Source: Candidatus Daviesbacteria bacterium
GTDB lineage: Bacteria; Patescibacteriota; Microgenomatia; Daviesbacterales; UBA10151
NCBI GenBank assembly: GCA_021731695.1
Contig: JAKFWZ010000078.1
Location: 25,073-89,072 of the forward strand
Direction of reading: 5' to 3'
DNA length: 64,000 nt
Shown here: piece by piece, positions 28,080 to 37,670 of the stretch
Layout of the letters: each line of letters opens with the position of its first letter
How positions within the stretch are numbered: position 1 is the first letter of the stretch
The notes under the pieces: generated by a model
Told to the model about the DNA's origin: nothing
Databases searched by the model: none
What the model saw: only the letters and a program-made list of their open reading frames with translations
Program-made: the position numbers and the translations under genes

Positions 28080-28871
28080 ATGAAAAAAGATCTAAAACTT
28101 ACCTCATCATTATTTGTTGGCAGGTTCCAACCCTTTCACAAGGGGCATCAAACTTTAATAGAAACAGTTTTAAAAAAAGGCAAACCTGTGGTTATTGCTT
28201 TAAGAGATACAGAAATCTCTCATAAAAATCCTTATACAGTTCATGAAAGATGGTCCATGATTCAGAAAGCCCTTAAAAAATATGGCGAGCTTGTCAAAAT
28301 TGTAGTAATACCTGATATTGATGAAATTTGTTACGGCAGGGAAGTGGGCTATGACATCAGAAAAATAGATCTGGACGAGAGAACCGAAAGTATCTCCGGG
28401 ACAAAAACCAGAGAAAAAAACCCACCCACAAAACCCATCATCTGGCTGACTGGTCAATCAGGTGCAGGCAAATCAACTTTAGCTAATGCTCTCCAAAAAG
28501 AAATTGGGGGAGTAATCTTAGATGGGGATGAAATGAGGGAAACTATCTCTCAAGGCCTAGGCTTTTCAAAGATAGACAGGGAAACTCATAACTTAAAAGT
28601 AGCAAGTCTTGCTTTGATGCTTGCAAAAAAAAATATAGTTATAGTCTCAGTCATAGCTCCCTTTGCAGATACCAGAGTAAAAATAGATAAATTAATTAAA
28701 CCAATCTGGGTTTATGTTAAAAGAAAATTACCTAAAGATTCGAGTAAGCCTTATGAAGAACCTCGCGATCCTGATATAGGAGTCGAATCTGACAAACAAA
28801 CTACAGCTAAACAGGTAGCAGTAATAACTGAATTTCTTAAAAAAACTAACCATAAATTTGGTAACCTCTAA
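28080..28871 (+). CDS. Fusion: HxGH nucleotidyltransferase domain plus adenylylsulfate (APS) kinase domain
   Basis: FVGRFQPFHKGH, NPY, ISGTKTR; then IWLTGQSGAGKST, LDGDEMR, LGFSKIDR..H, VSVIAP, YEEP. Confidence 0.88.
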   Translation: MKKDLKLTSSLFVGRFQPFHKGHQTLIETVLKKGKPVVIALRDTEISHKNPYTVHERWSMIQKALKKYGELVKIVVIPDIDEICYGREVGYDIRKIDLDERTESISGTKTREKNPPTKPIIWLTGQSGAGKSTLANALQKEIGGVILDGDEMRETISQGLGFSKIDRETHNLKVASLALMLAKKNIVIVSVIAPFADTRVKIDKLIKPIWVYVKRKLPKDSSKPYEEPRDPDIGVESDKQTTAKQVAVITEFLKKTNHKFGNL

Positions 28872-29329
28872 GGCGATACGGATGGCTGGACTTTAGTTGC
28901 TAAACTAGGTGCAGGTCTTGGTGAGGATTGCGGAGTCGTGTATTGAATAGAAACTACCTGGTATTTTCCATCCAACATCTCAAGACCTATAACCGCCTCT
29001 TTGTTAAGCTCGATAGTTGATAAATCTCCTTTAGATACCTTATTTGCGGGTGAAATAATTACTAATCCATATGCAGCTCCAAAGGTTTCAGATAAATTAT
29101 TGTTTGTGCTGGTAATTTTTAACTCTTCACTCAAAACTTGGATTATTTTGCCCCGAATATAGGCGTTTTGAGTAAAAAATAGTCTAGTGTCAACTTCAGG
29201 TTGTGCTTGCGGAGTTAGATTGACTGGAGCTGAATTATTACCCCAAATCAAAAATCCAATAATAACTCCGGCGAGAAAAAAAATTACAGATAAAAAATAA
29301 GGCATGCCTCTCTTTATTACATTTACCAT
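28868..29329 (-). CDS. Single-TM small beta-domain protein; paralogue 3 of 5
   Basis: FFTQNAYIRGKI...DLSTIELNKEAVIGLEMLDGKYQVVSIQY. Confidence 0.75.
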   Translation of the reverse strand: MVNVIKRGMPYFLSVIFFLAGVIIGFLIWGNNSAPVNLTPQAQPEVDTRLFFTQNAYIRGKIIQVLSEELKITSTNNNLSETFGAAYGLVIISPANKVSKGDLSTIELNKEAVIGLEMLDGKYQVVSIQYTTPQSSPRPAPSLATKVQPSVSP

Positions 29330-29419
29330 ACTATATTTTTGCGCTAATTAGTTTTAGTTGTCAACCAAGGCCTTATTTATTATTCTAATGTAATGCTACA
29401 TCGTCTTAGATTGAGTAGT

Positions 29420-30085
29420 TCATGGGACTACTATTTGGGAAGAACTGGTTGCCTGTTGATTCGCGGTTGTGGCATTGCGGTTTAGTTTATGCATAATATT
29501 AATCCTATCCAGCTTTATAACTCCGGACTTTAGCCCCTTGCTGATTGTTATCCTAATTTGTTGGTATTGTTTTAGATCAGTAAGCTTAGCTTTAGCATAG
29601 TACTCTTTGCCTGGTATAACCTGGCCATTGATAGAAAATTTGGCATTTTGACCAAGAGCATAAAACTGAGTTTTACTATCTATTATAAATTTCTGGATCT
29701 CAGGATTTTTCTCCTGCAGGTCAGTTTTAAGTTCTGTTTGGTCACCGGCTTTTACAATATCTTTAACCACAGCATCTAGTATGTAAGTTGTGCGGGCTGA
29801 CTGAACATAAGATTCGTCTAGCGGAAATAGATATTGACCAGAATCAGTTTGATCATCTTTATTAAGAGTGGACGACTCAGGATAAAAATTTCTAACGATA
29901 ATAAAAGAGATTATCCCAGCTAATATTAACCCAATCAGAGTAAAGACTATAGCGAATATAACTTTATATTGTGATTTAGGAGCTTGTCCGATTTGTGTTT
30001 GTTCCGGATGAGAAGCGGGTAGGTTTGGCTGAATATTGGTAGTAGCAGGTTGCAAGACGCCGGAGGCAGAATTCTGATCAGCCAT
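29420..30085 (-). CDS. Single-TM small beta-domain protein; paralogue 4 of 5
   Basis: YILDAVV...LKTDL...IDSKTQ...DLKQYQQI...KGLK. Confidence 0.72.
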   Translation of the reverse strand: MADQNSASGVLQPATTNIQPNLPASHPEQTQIGQAPKSQYKVIFAIVFTLIGLILAGIISFIIVRNFYPESSTLNKDDQTDSGQYLFPLDESYVQSARTTYILDAVVKDIVKAGDQTELKTDLQEKNPEIQKFIIDSKTQFYALGQNAKFSINGQVIPGKEYYAKAKLTDLKQYQQIRITISKGLKSGVIKLDRINIMHKLNRNATTANQQATSSSQIVVP

Positions 30086-30173
30086 AATTTATTATGCTAT
30101 TAAGGTTAAGTTAAAATCAACTTTGTAGAATATTTGTAGCAGGGATCTGAAGTCTGAAGGCACAAGATTGACA

Positions 30174-30629
30174 TTAAAGGCTTTGTAACTGGGAGGATTG
30201 AGTTGCTGGTTTTAAGGCGGGCCTAAGAAGAGGTGGGGAAGCAGAAATATATTGTATAGTTACTGCCTGATAAGTTCCGTTAATCATTTCGAGCCCAATT
30301 AAAACCTCCTTACCTGCCTCAAGTACTGATAAATCTGATGTGGGCTTATTGTTTCCAGGGATGGTGATAATTATTCTGTCGGAGACTGCAACATTCCCGG
30401 AGATATTATTGTTCAAATTGGTAACTGCAAGATTTTTACCATTAATTTGATCAATTCTGCCACGGATATTTGCAATTTGCGAAGAATACAGAGGATTATC
30501 TATATTTATTTTAGTCTCCTGAATTACAGGCTGAGAAGGTGCGGGTTTGTTGTTTGCAAAAAAGCCCAAACCTATTCCGGCTAAGAATACAATTCCTGTG
30601 AATAAATAAAATCTAATATCTTTTGGCAT
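30174..30629 (-). CDS. Single-TM small beta-domain protein; paralogue 5 of 5
   Basis: YSSQIANIRGRI...DLSVLEAGKEVLIGLEMINGTYQAVTIQY. Confidence 0.75.
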   Translation of the reverse strand: MPKDIRFYLFTGIVFLAGIGLGFFANNKPAPSQPVIQETKINIDNPLYSSQIANIRGRIDQINGKNLAVTNLNNNISGNVAVSDRIIITIPGNNKPTSDLSVLEAGKEVLIGLEMINGTYQAVTIQYISASPPLLRPALKPATQSSQLQSL

Positions 30630-30813
30630 AATATAATTCTTGCCTTAATTTCTAATGTTGTCAACCTTTAAAAGTAAGGTTCGTAGATAATTGAGTGAAG
30701 CAGAAAACTACGGATTTTAATTCGTGGGTTAAGTGAGTTTCCCCTGGAGAGGAGACTGTCCCGCTCGAGGTTTTAATTTCGCAAAATAAGCTGTTTTCGG
30801 GTAAAATATGCAG

Positions 30814-30985
30814 ATGAAATTAAATGCAAAACAACTTCGTAATTCGTTATTAGTTAAGTCGTTAAAAAACAAAACGAAAAACGAAACAACGAAAAACGAG
30901 ATCTATATAATCTTAGACAATATTGTAGACACTTATAATATTGGTGCGATTTTCAGGCTGGCTGATGCAGTTGCAACTAAAAAAG
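30814..30985 (+). pseudogene. Truncated 5' copy of the trmH-like gene (direct repeat of 31790-31961)
   Basis: About 57 codons nearly identical in protein to the intact gene; homology stops at KK. Confidence 0.9.
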
Positions 30986-31016
30986 CTTACCCTTGGGGAA
31001 AAATGGATTATTCTTC

Positions 31017-31433
31017 CTAGGGTTCTTTGCGGATTATGTTAGTAATTTTATCAAAATCCTCATCGTAAGAGTAAATTGTCTTGGCTGTTGATTGTTGGGT
31101 AAGCACAGCGAGTATTGCATCTGTGAAGTCGATATTTTTATCAACATAATAATCCAATGCTTGAATGATGACTTGTTTATTCTCAACTTTAAAGTTTGGA
31201 TATCGCAACAGAGGAACTAATAAATCCCTTATCTTGTGTTTGGGCAAATTGTAGAGATTGGGGGATGAAAGTACAAAAACTGCATCAGCAATGACAGTTT
31301 CAGGCGCAGATAAAATTAATTCACCTCCTGAGGCCTTTTCAAAAAGAACTGTCGAATCTTTACGTCTACGCTCATCATCACCGGTTAGAAGTCTAATAAT
31401 TACATTTGTATCAACATATGAATCATTTGCCAT
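31017..31433 (-). CDS. vapC: PIN domain (VapC) toxin
   Basis: YVDTNVIIR, DFTDAIL, YSYDEDFD. Confidence 0.9.
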   Translation of the reverse strand: MANDSYVDTNVIIRLLTGDDERRRKDSTVLFEKASGGELILSAPETVIADAVFVLSSPNLYNLPKHKIRDLLVPLLRYPNFKVENKQVIIQALDYYVDKNIDFTDAILAVLTQQSTAKTIYSYDEDFDKITNIIRKEP

Positions 31434-31740
31434 ATTTCTCTTTTAAATAATCCTCACGGGCTATATTTCGCACTTGCTTCCAAGGAAGGGGTTTTTTGAG
31501 TTTTCCTGCACCACCACTTAAGGATTTAATGTCAGGATATTTGGCAGGTGTCACCTGGACTAAGCCGCCTGGGCTGATAACAAAAGCCACTTTATCATTA
31601 GTATCTACTCCTAAATGTTTACGTACCTCAATAGGAATAGTTATTTGTCCTTTACTGCTTAATGTAGTGACTAATTGTTTAGAATGGGTATTTTGTAGCA
31701 TGAGTAAGAATATATTATCATTGTCCTTACTTACCGTCAA
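31423..31740 (-). CDS. AbrB/MazE/SpoVT family antitoxin (true start may be ATG 31701)
   Basis: TLSSKGQITIPIEVRKHLGV. Confidence 0.88.
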   Translation of the reverse strand: MTVSKDNDNIFLLMLQNTHSKQLVTTLSSKGQITIPIEVRKHLGVDTNDKVAFVISPGGLVQVTPAKYPDIKSLSGGAGKLKKPLPWKQVRNIAREDYLKEKYGK

Positions 31741-31789
31741 TAGGTAAAGAATTTGATAAAATTATGCTATTATACAATTTACAATATTT

Positions 31790-32332
31790 ATGAAACTTAA
31801 TGCAAAACAACTTCGTAATTCGTTATTCGCTAAGTCGCTGAAAAAGAAAACGAAAAACGAAACAACGAAAAACGAAATTTATATTGTTTTAGATAATATT
31901 CTGGACACTTATAATATTGGTGCGATTTTCAGGCTGGCTGATGCTATTGCCGCAAAAAAAGTTATGATTTGTGGTGATTCAGAAATTCCGCCAAACCACA
32001 GAATTAAAAAAGCCTCAATTAATACTACAGAAGTTGTGGACTGGAGCTATTCAGAAACAACGGCTGAGGCCATAAAAAATTTGCGTAAAACTGTTTCAGG
32101 GATTCAAATTGTAGCTATAGAGCAGGCGGAAAATTCAATTCGTTATGATGAATTTGAATATAAATTTCCGATAGCTTTAATCGTGGGGCATGAAACCGAC
32201 GGTATTTCTAAAGAGGTTTTGGATGAGTGCGATGGGATTGTAGAAATGCCAATGTATGGAATAAATATCAGTTTAAATGTAATGGTTTCACTGGCGATTG
32301 TTCTGTATAAAGCACTGGAGAAAATTCAGTAA
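31790..32332 (+). CDS. SpoU/TrmH family RNA 2'-O-methyltransferase
   Basis: LDNILDTYNIGAIFRLAD, VGHETDGI, MPMYG...SLNV. Confidence 0.92.
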   Translation: MKLNAKQLRNSLFAKSLKKKTKNETTKNEIYIVLDNILDTYNIGAIFRLADAIAAKKVMICGDSEIPPNHRIKKASINTTEVVDWSYSETTAEAIKNLRKTVSGIQIVAIEQAENSIRYDEFEYKFPIALIVGHETDGISKEVLDECDGIVEMPMYGINISLNVMVSLAIVLYKALEKIQ

Positions 32333-32363
32333 ATCTGGATTAGTACTATGGTACAATCCCGTT

Positions 32364-32603
32364 ATGACAAGAATTATTATAGATCCCAAGATTATGCTGG
32401 GTAAACCAATAGTAGCCGGGACCAGAATAACAGTAGAGCAGATTCTGAGGCTGTTAGCGCAGAAATTAACTATTAAAGATATTTTAGAAGATTTCCCCCA
32501 GCTTAAAGAAGCTGATGTTAAAGCAGCTGTAGAATATGCTGCAAAAAGAGTTGCAGAGCCGGAGCCCGACGCTATACGCTACCTGCATGAAATTCATCAC
32601 TGA
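32364..32603 (+). CDS. DUF433 family antitoxin
   Basis: RIIIDPKIMLGKPIVAGTRITV...ILEDFPQL...DVKAA. ATG 32364. Confidence 0.9.
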   Translation: MTRIIIDPKIMLGKPIVAGTRITVEQILRLLAQKLTIKDILEDFPQLKEADVKAAVEYAAKRVAEPEPDAIRYLHEIHH

Positions 32604-32910
32604 TGAAAACCTGGGGGTCCGGATACCCCGATTCCTTAAGAGTCTGGGCTTCGATATTATCTCCGTAACGGAAGTTGCATTAAGTCACCCTGACACTGAT
32701 GTTTTGGCACTAGCCAATAAAGAAAATAGAATTCTTCTGACGACAGATAAAGATTTTGGCGAACTGGTTTTCAAAGAAAAACTGATTCATTCCGGCGTAA
32801 TACTGCTTAGGTTAAAAGATGAATCGGTTGAGAATAAAAAAAGGGTGTTGTTGCGGGAGTTAAAATCAGGTAAAAATTTTGAAGGAAAATTTACTAGAGT
32901 TAGGGATTAA
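32587..32910 (+). CDS. DUF5615 PIN-like toxin
   Basis: MKFITDENL, D.DVL..A....RILLTTDKDFGEL. ATG 32587. Confidence 0.9.
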   Translation: MKFITDENLGVRIPRFLKSLGFDIISVTEVALSHPDTDVLALANKENRILLTTDKDFGELVFKEKLIHSGVILLRLKDESVENKKRVLLRELKSGKNFEGKFTRVRD

Positions 32911-32983
32911 ATGATTTTAAACCCGGAGTCAAAAATATATCCGGCTGGTATATTGCGTATCCGATCAGGAAAAACAGCGAGAT

Positions 32984-33991
32984 TTAACGGATAATCAATT
33001 TTTCGGATAAAGAATTACCTGATTCAATTCTTAAAATTGCCTCAGCGACTAATTCTGCAATGCTAACAACTTCAACTTTAGGGCAATCTAAAACTTTTTC
33101 TGGTTGAGGAAGAGTATCAGTGATTAATATTTTTTCAATCGGGGAATTAACTATTTTTTCTAAAGCGCCTTCGGTAAATACTCCGTGAGTAACAGCAGCC
33201 CAGATTTTGCTTGCACCCTTATCTTTAATTAATTGTGCAGCATTACATAAAGTTCCGGCGGTTGTAACCATATCATCAGCAAGTAAAACTTCCTTTCCGG
33301 CAACATCTCCGATAATATCTAATGCTTCTGATTGATCCTGACTCATGACATCGCGGACTTTATAAACAATCGCAACGCCTTTGGCATCAAGCCTTTTTGC
33401 ATAGGCTGTAGCAGTTGGCACGCCGCCTTTATCTGGAGAGGCAACAACTAAGTCGTTAAATTTTTCTTTTTCGAGCCTTGGGATCATGGAATAACTTGAA
33501 TAAAGATTATCCCAGGGAGCTTTTACAAATCCCTGAAGCTGTTCTGAGTGAATATCAATTGTACAGATTTTATCAGCGCCTGCAAATTCAATAGCCCTTG
33601 CCATAACAGAAGAGCTGATTGGGACCCTCGGACGATCTTTTCGGTCTTGTCTTGCGTATCCAAAATAGGGAATCATTACGATAATTTCTTGAGCTGAAGC
33701 TCTTTTTGCTGCATCAATCATCAGTAAAAGTTCAACAATATGGCTATTGATGTCCGGAGGACAAGTCGATTGCAAAATTACAACACTTCCTCTTCTGATA
33801 TTAATTGGGATCTGAACTCTGATTTCACCGTCTGCAAATTTGGTAATAGGGTTATAAACCGCAGTGTTTAAAAGTTTTGCGACTTTTTTTGCAAGTTCAG
33901 GATTGGAGTTACCAGAAAGGAGAACGAAATCTCCGTTGCCTTTTAGAAGTTCTTCGTCAGAAATTATTGTTACATCAGAGTTCTGAGGCAT
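32984..33991 (-). CDS. prs: Ribose-phosphate pyrophosphokinase
   Basis: FADGE, PYFGYARQDRK, DIHS, SPDKGG, LADDMVTTAGT, THGVF. Confidence 0.96.
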   Translation of the reverse strand: MPQNSDVTIISDEELLKGNGDFVLLSGNSNPELAKKVAKLLNTAVYNPITKFADGEIRVQIPINIRRGSVVILQSTCPPDINSHIVELLLMIDAAKRASAQEIIVMIPYFGYARQDRKDRPRVPISSSVMARAIEFAGADKICTIDIHSEQLQGFVKAPWDNLYSSYSMIPRLEKEKFNDLVVASPDKGGVPTATAYAKRLDAKGVAIVYKVRDVMSQDQSEALDIIGDVAGKEVLLADDMVTTAGTLCNAAQLIKDKGASKIWAAVTHGVFTEGALEKIVNSPIEKILITDTLPQPEKVLDCPKVEVVSIAELVAEAILRIESGNSLSEKLIIR

Positions 33992-34134
33992 GTTGCGATA
34001 TTATATTACACTTATGCCTAGCTTTCAAATTGACAAATCAGATTAAAATTTCAAAATCTGATTTGTCATCCCGAACTTAAGAGTGCAACTCGCAAGCTTT
34101 GCTTATTTCGGGATCCCATAGGATTAGCCCGTAA

Positions 34135-35028
34135 CTATGGTTTTAAGTTCGGAAGAAATAGCGCGTAATCGAGTCCGTTAACAGTACCGTCGCCGTTTAA
34201 ATCCGCTTTTTTCTTTAAATCTGTATCAAGCTCATTGCCCCATGCGCTATAAACAACAGAGAGATCGATGCTATTAATTAACGAGTCAGAATTGAAATCA
34301 AACGATGCGGCAGAGGAACTTGCTACAGGATTACGGGAGGCTAAAGGGCGTGAGGTAGCAAGTGGTTTTATTGAGGCTGAAGCAGAGGCTTGAAGAGATT
34401 GAGGGGGGTTTGGGGCTGCGCTTTTAACAGAGACTATGGCATTTTGGACAGGAGCTAAAGAGTTTGTCGTGCTGCCAAGAATATTTATCTGTGTTTGGGA
34501 ATTGTCCAGTGAGATAATTGTTGAGGGCGCTGCTTTTTTTGAAGTAAAACTCAAAGTTGCGACTACTCCGGAACCTGAAATTCCGGCATTGCCATCTGTC
34601 CCCAAGGAAACTGATGCAGAGCCCGGGGCCATTACCGGCGCAATTAAAACTTTGGGCAAAAACTCTTTGGGTGTTATGCTTGTCAACTCTAAAATTTCAG
34701 GATCATATTTTATGGCCAGCTTAGCGCTGGTGATTTGATTGTTATTGGCGTTTGCAAAAATATCAATGCTAAATTTATCTCCAACTTTAGTGTCCGTAGC
34801 CGGTGGTTTAAAGGAGAGATCTGTAGGAGTTAAGTTTGCCTGGGTTTGAGTCTGCTGAGGTCTCTGGGTCAAATAGACTCCTGCTCCAACCCCGACAACC
34901 AATAAAAATACAGCAGTTAAGGAGCCTAAAATTTTGGGATTTAAAATACTGTTTTTAAAAATGCTTTTATTTTTATAGCTTTCAGCTGAGATGACGATTG
35001 GTTTATCTTTGGAAGGTATGATTTGCAT
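34135..35028 (-). CDS. Membrane-anchored cohesin-like plus dockerin-like protein
   Basis: TM, KVGDKFSIDI...IKYDPEILEL...GVVATLSF, Ser/Ala/Pro linker, DFNSDSLINSID and DLNGDGTVNGLD EF-hand repeats. Confidence 0.8.
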   Translation of the reverse strand: MQIIPSKDKPIVISAESYKNKSIFKNSILNPKILGSLTAVFLLVVGVGAGVYLTQRPQQTQTQANLTPTDLSFKPPATDTKVGDKFSIDIFANANNNQITSAKLAIKYDPEILELTSITPKEFLPKVLIAPVMAPGSASVSLGTDGNAGISGSGVVATLSFTSKKAAPSTIISLDNSQTQINILGSTTNSLAPVQNAIVSVKSAAPNPPQSLQASASASIKPLATSRPLASRNPVASSSAASFDFNSDSLINSIDLSVVYSAWGNELDTDLKKKADLNGDGTVNGLDYALFLPNLKP

Positions 35029-35120
35029 AAATCCAGTATAGCCCTAAAAAAAATGAACTGCCAGATATTAAGAATCTCCGGTATCTTTCGGAATAAAATG
35101 AAAAGAGGGGAAGGGTCTTG

Positions 35121-35216
35121 ACCCCGTACGAAGCATGTTCATTAATTTAGAGTGTTAATGATTTGTTAAGCCAACATTTAGCGCATTATTTTAAATGCAT
35201 AAACTTCGTACGGGGT
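35121..35216. mobile_element. MITE-like element with perfect 13-bp terminal inverted repeats
   Basis: ACCCCGTACGAAG (35121-33) / CTTCGTACGGGGT (35204-16); right end runs into TTGACA. Confidence 0.7.
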
Positions 35217-35251
35217 TGACAGGTGGATGCATAATAATAATGTAATTCTCT

Positions 35252-35659
35252 ATGCCAAACCAATCCCAAAAACTAAGTCAGTCTGGAATCGATCATACAA
35301 TCATTGTGGTTTACAGTCTGCCTGTTAACGAAATGCGTTTAGGGGGCGCTGTGATAAAAGCCGGACATTCTGCGGGAATGGAACTTTCGGGAACTGCTGC
35401 TACAATTTTTCGAAATAGAGGGCATCGGGTCGAGATTGTAAAAACTTCAAGAATGCTGGTTTCAAATCCTGACCCAAATCTTGTAGGAGTTTACCTGGAA
35501 ACTGAGAATACCTTTGTTTCTTCTCAGGAAGAAGTTAATCATGAAACAAGAAAAGGAAGTGGTAGATTTATAACAACGATACTCACGACTTTAGAGAGGG
35601 TTGAAGGAATGGACGAATTGAGAGGCTTATCCGAGCAGCAATTATTGAAAGCAGTATAA
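35252..35659 (+). CDS. Hypothetical protein between two MITE-like elements
   Basis: 135-aa ORF with an upstream TTGACA; no family recognised. Confidence 0.55.
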   Translation: MPNQSQKLSQSGIDHTIIVVYSLPVNEMRLGGAVIKAGHSAGMELSGTAATIFRNRGHRVEIVKTSRMLVSNPDPNLVGVYLETENTFVSSQEEVNHETRKGSGRFITTILTTLERVEGMDELRGLSEQQLLKAV

Positions 35660-35691
35660 TTCAATCTTCTTGATGAGGCAGTGTGTGCCTG

Positions 35692-35787
35692 ACCCCGTTA
35701 GAAGTATAGTCATGATATTGAAAAAGTTGATCAACGTAATCAGTTCTTATTTCGGATTATGTTAAGTCAACATACTTCGAACGGGGT
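35692..35787. mobile_element. Second MITE-like element of the ACCCCGT family
   Basis: ACCCCGTTAGAAGTAT / ATACTTCGAACGGGGT (one mismatch); shares internal TGTTAAGYCAACAT with the first copy; both are 96 bp. Confidence 0.7.
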
Positions 35788-35816
35788 TGACATAGCTTGC
35801 GAGCCTCTGTTAAAAT
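35787..35816 (+). promoter_or_regulatory. Probable 16S rRNA promoter
   Basis: TTGACA (35787-92), 18 nt, TG-extended TAAAAT (35811-16); boxA-like GCACCTTAACAA near 35988. Confidence 0.65.
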
Positions 35817-36090
35817 CTACTTTACCTTTAAATCCATGAGGATTAGGTTAGACTGGAGAAAGTTTCTATCAAGTAATACTACTTACAGTTGAATATTTAG
35901 TTATGGGTAATGAGTTATGAGTGATGAGTTTTCTCGTAACACATAACTCAAAGCAAGCCATAAGGCTAGCGCACTCATCACTAAAAAGCACCTTAACAAC
36001 CGAAAGACAACATTCACTCTTTCGGTTTTTTCTTGCGTAAAAGTAGGAAAAAGACCTGTCGATACTATCTAACCGGATAGCTTCGACTCC

Positions 36091-36106
36091 AAAAGAGTGG
36101 TGGGAA
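36091..36106 (+). other. 5' arm of the 16S processing stem (pairs with 38923-38938)
   Basis: AAAAGAGTGGTGGGAA is the exact reverse complement of TTCCCACCACTCTTTT. Confidence 0.8.
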
Positions 36107-36341
36107 AAAACACGATCAATTAAATGATTGTGAGACAAGAGTATAAGTTTCATGAAAGTGAAGCCAAGCTCTGTCAATTCCAAATTTTAGTAAGCAAAGC
36201 TTGCGATAGTTCCGGCTAACGCCGTGTAACTATCTAAGTAATACTTACTTCGAAAACAATAAATCGAAATTTCACTTTCACAAGTGATACAGCGTTTTAG
36301 AGTTGGAAAAACTTTTTAAGTGTTTTAAAAACACTTTATTT

Positions 36342-36384
<43 letters not shown>

Positions 36385-36589
36385 TAAGCATGCAAGTCGA
36401 ACGATCTGTAGCAATACAGGTAGTGGCGGACGGTCGAGTAACGCGTGGGGATCTGCCTTAAAGTTGGACATAGCTCATCGAAAGGTGGGGTAATTTCCAA
36501 TGTGAACGTAAGTTCAAAGCCGCAAGGCGCTTTAAGATGAACCCGCGTCCTATCAGCTAGTTGGTGGGGTAAAAGCCTACCAAGGCATC

Positions 36590-36621
<32 letters not shown>

Positions 36622-37159
36622 GGAATAGCACTGAGACACGGGCTATACATCTACGGATGGCAGCAACTGGGAATCTTGCGCAATGGGGGAAACCCTGACG
36701 CAGCGACGCCGCGTGGAGGATTGAAGGCCCTCGGGTTGTAAACTCCTTTTGACTGGGAAGATTATGACTGTACCAGTAGAATAAGCACCTGCTAACTACG
36801 TGCCAGAAGCCTCGGTAATACGTAGGGTGCAAGCGTTATCCGGATTTATTGGGCGTAAAGTGTTGCGTAGGCTGATTTGCGCATTTTGTTTAAAAGGCTA
36901 AGGCTTAACCTTAGTTTTGGGCAAAATATGGCAAATCTTGATGGTTTAAGAGGGTACTGGAACTTAACATGTAGCAGTGAAATGCGTTGATATGTTAAGG
37001 AACACCAAAGGCGTAGGCAGGTACCTGGGAAACTCATGACGCTGAGGCACGACAGCTAGGGGAGCGAAGCAGATTAGAGACCTGCGTAGTCCTAGCCGTA
37101 AACGATGAATGCTAGTTAGTCCCTCTTTTGGGACCGACGTAAGGTAACCCGTTAAGCAT

Positions 37160-37210
<51 letters not shown>

Positions 37211-37670
37211 AGGCGCACAAGCAGTGGAGCATGTGGTTTAATTCGATACAAAGCGAAAAACCTCACCAGGGTTTGACATGTAGTTGCTAAGCCTAAGAAA
37301 CTAGGCCTCCTTCGAGGGTACTACACAGATGGTGCATGGCTGTCGTCAGCTCGTGGCGTGAGCTGTACCGTTAAGTCGGGTAACGAGCGCAACCCGCATC
37401 GTATGTTAAATAATTCATACGAAACAGCCCCAATTTTTGGGGAGGAAGGCGCGGATGACGTCAAGTCAGCACGCCTCTTACACCCTGGGCTACACACATC
37501 CTACAATGGCGAATAACAACGAGTTGCAAGCCGGTAACGGCAAGCTAATCTCTAAAATTTCGCCCCAGTTCAGATTGAGGGCTGCAATTTGCCCTCATGA
37601 AGTCGGAATTGCTAGTAATCGCGAATCAGCAGGTCGCGGTGAATACGTTCTCGCCTCTTGTACACACCGC

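Noticed and set aside
30814-31961. Diversity-generating retroelement template/variable repeat pair (also considered for the uppS repeats)
   Set aside because: Differences are not adenine-specific and are mostly synonymous; no reverse transcriptase in the window.
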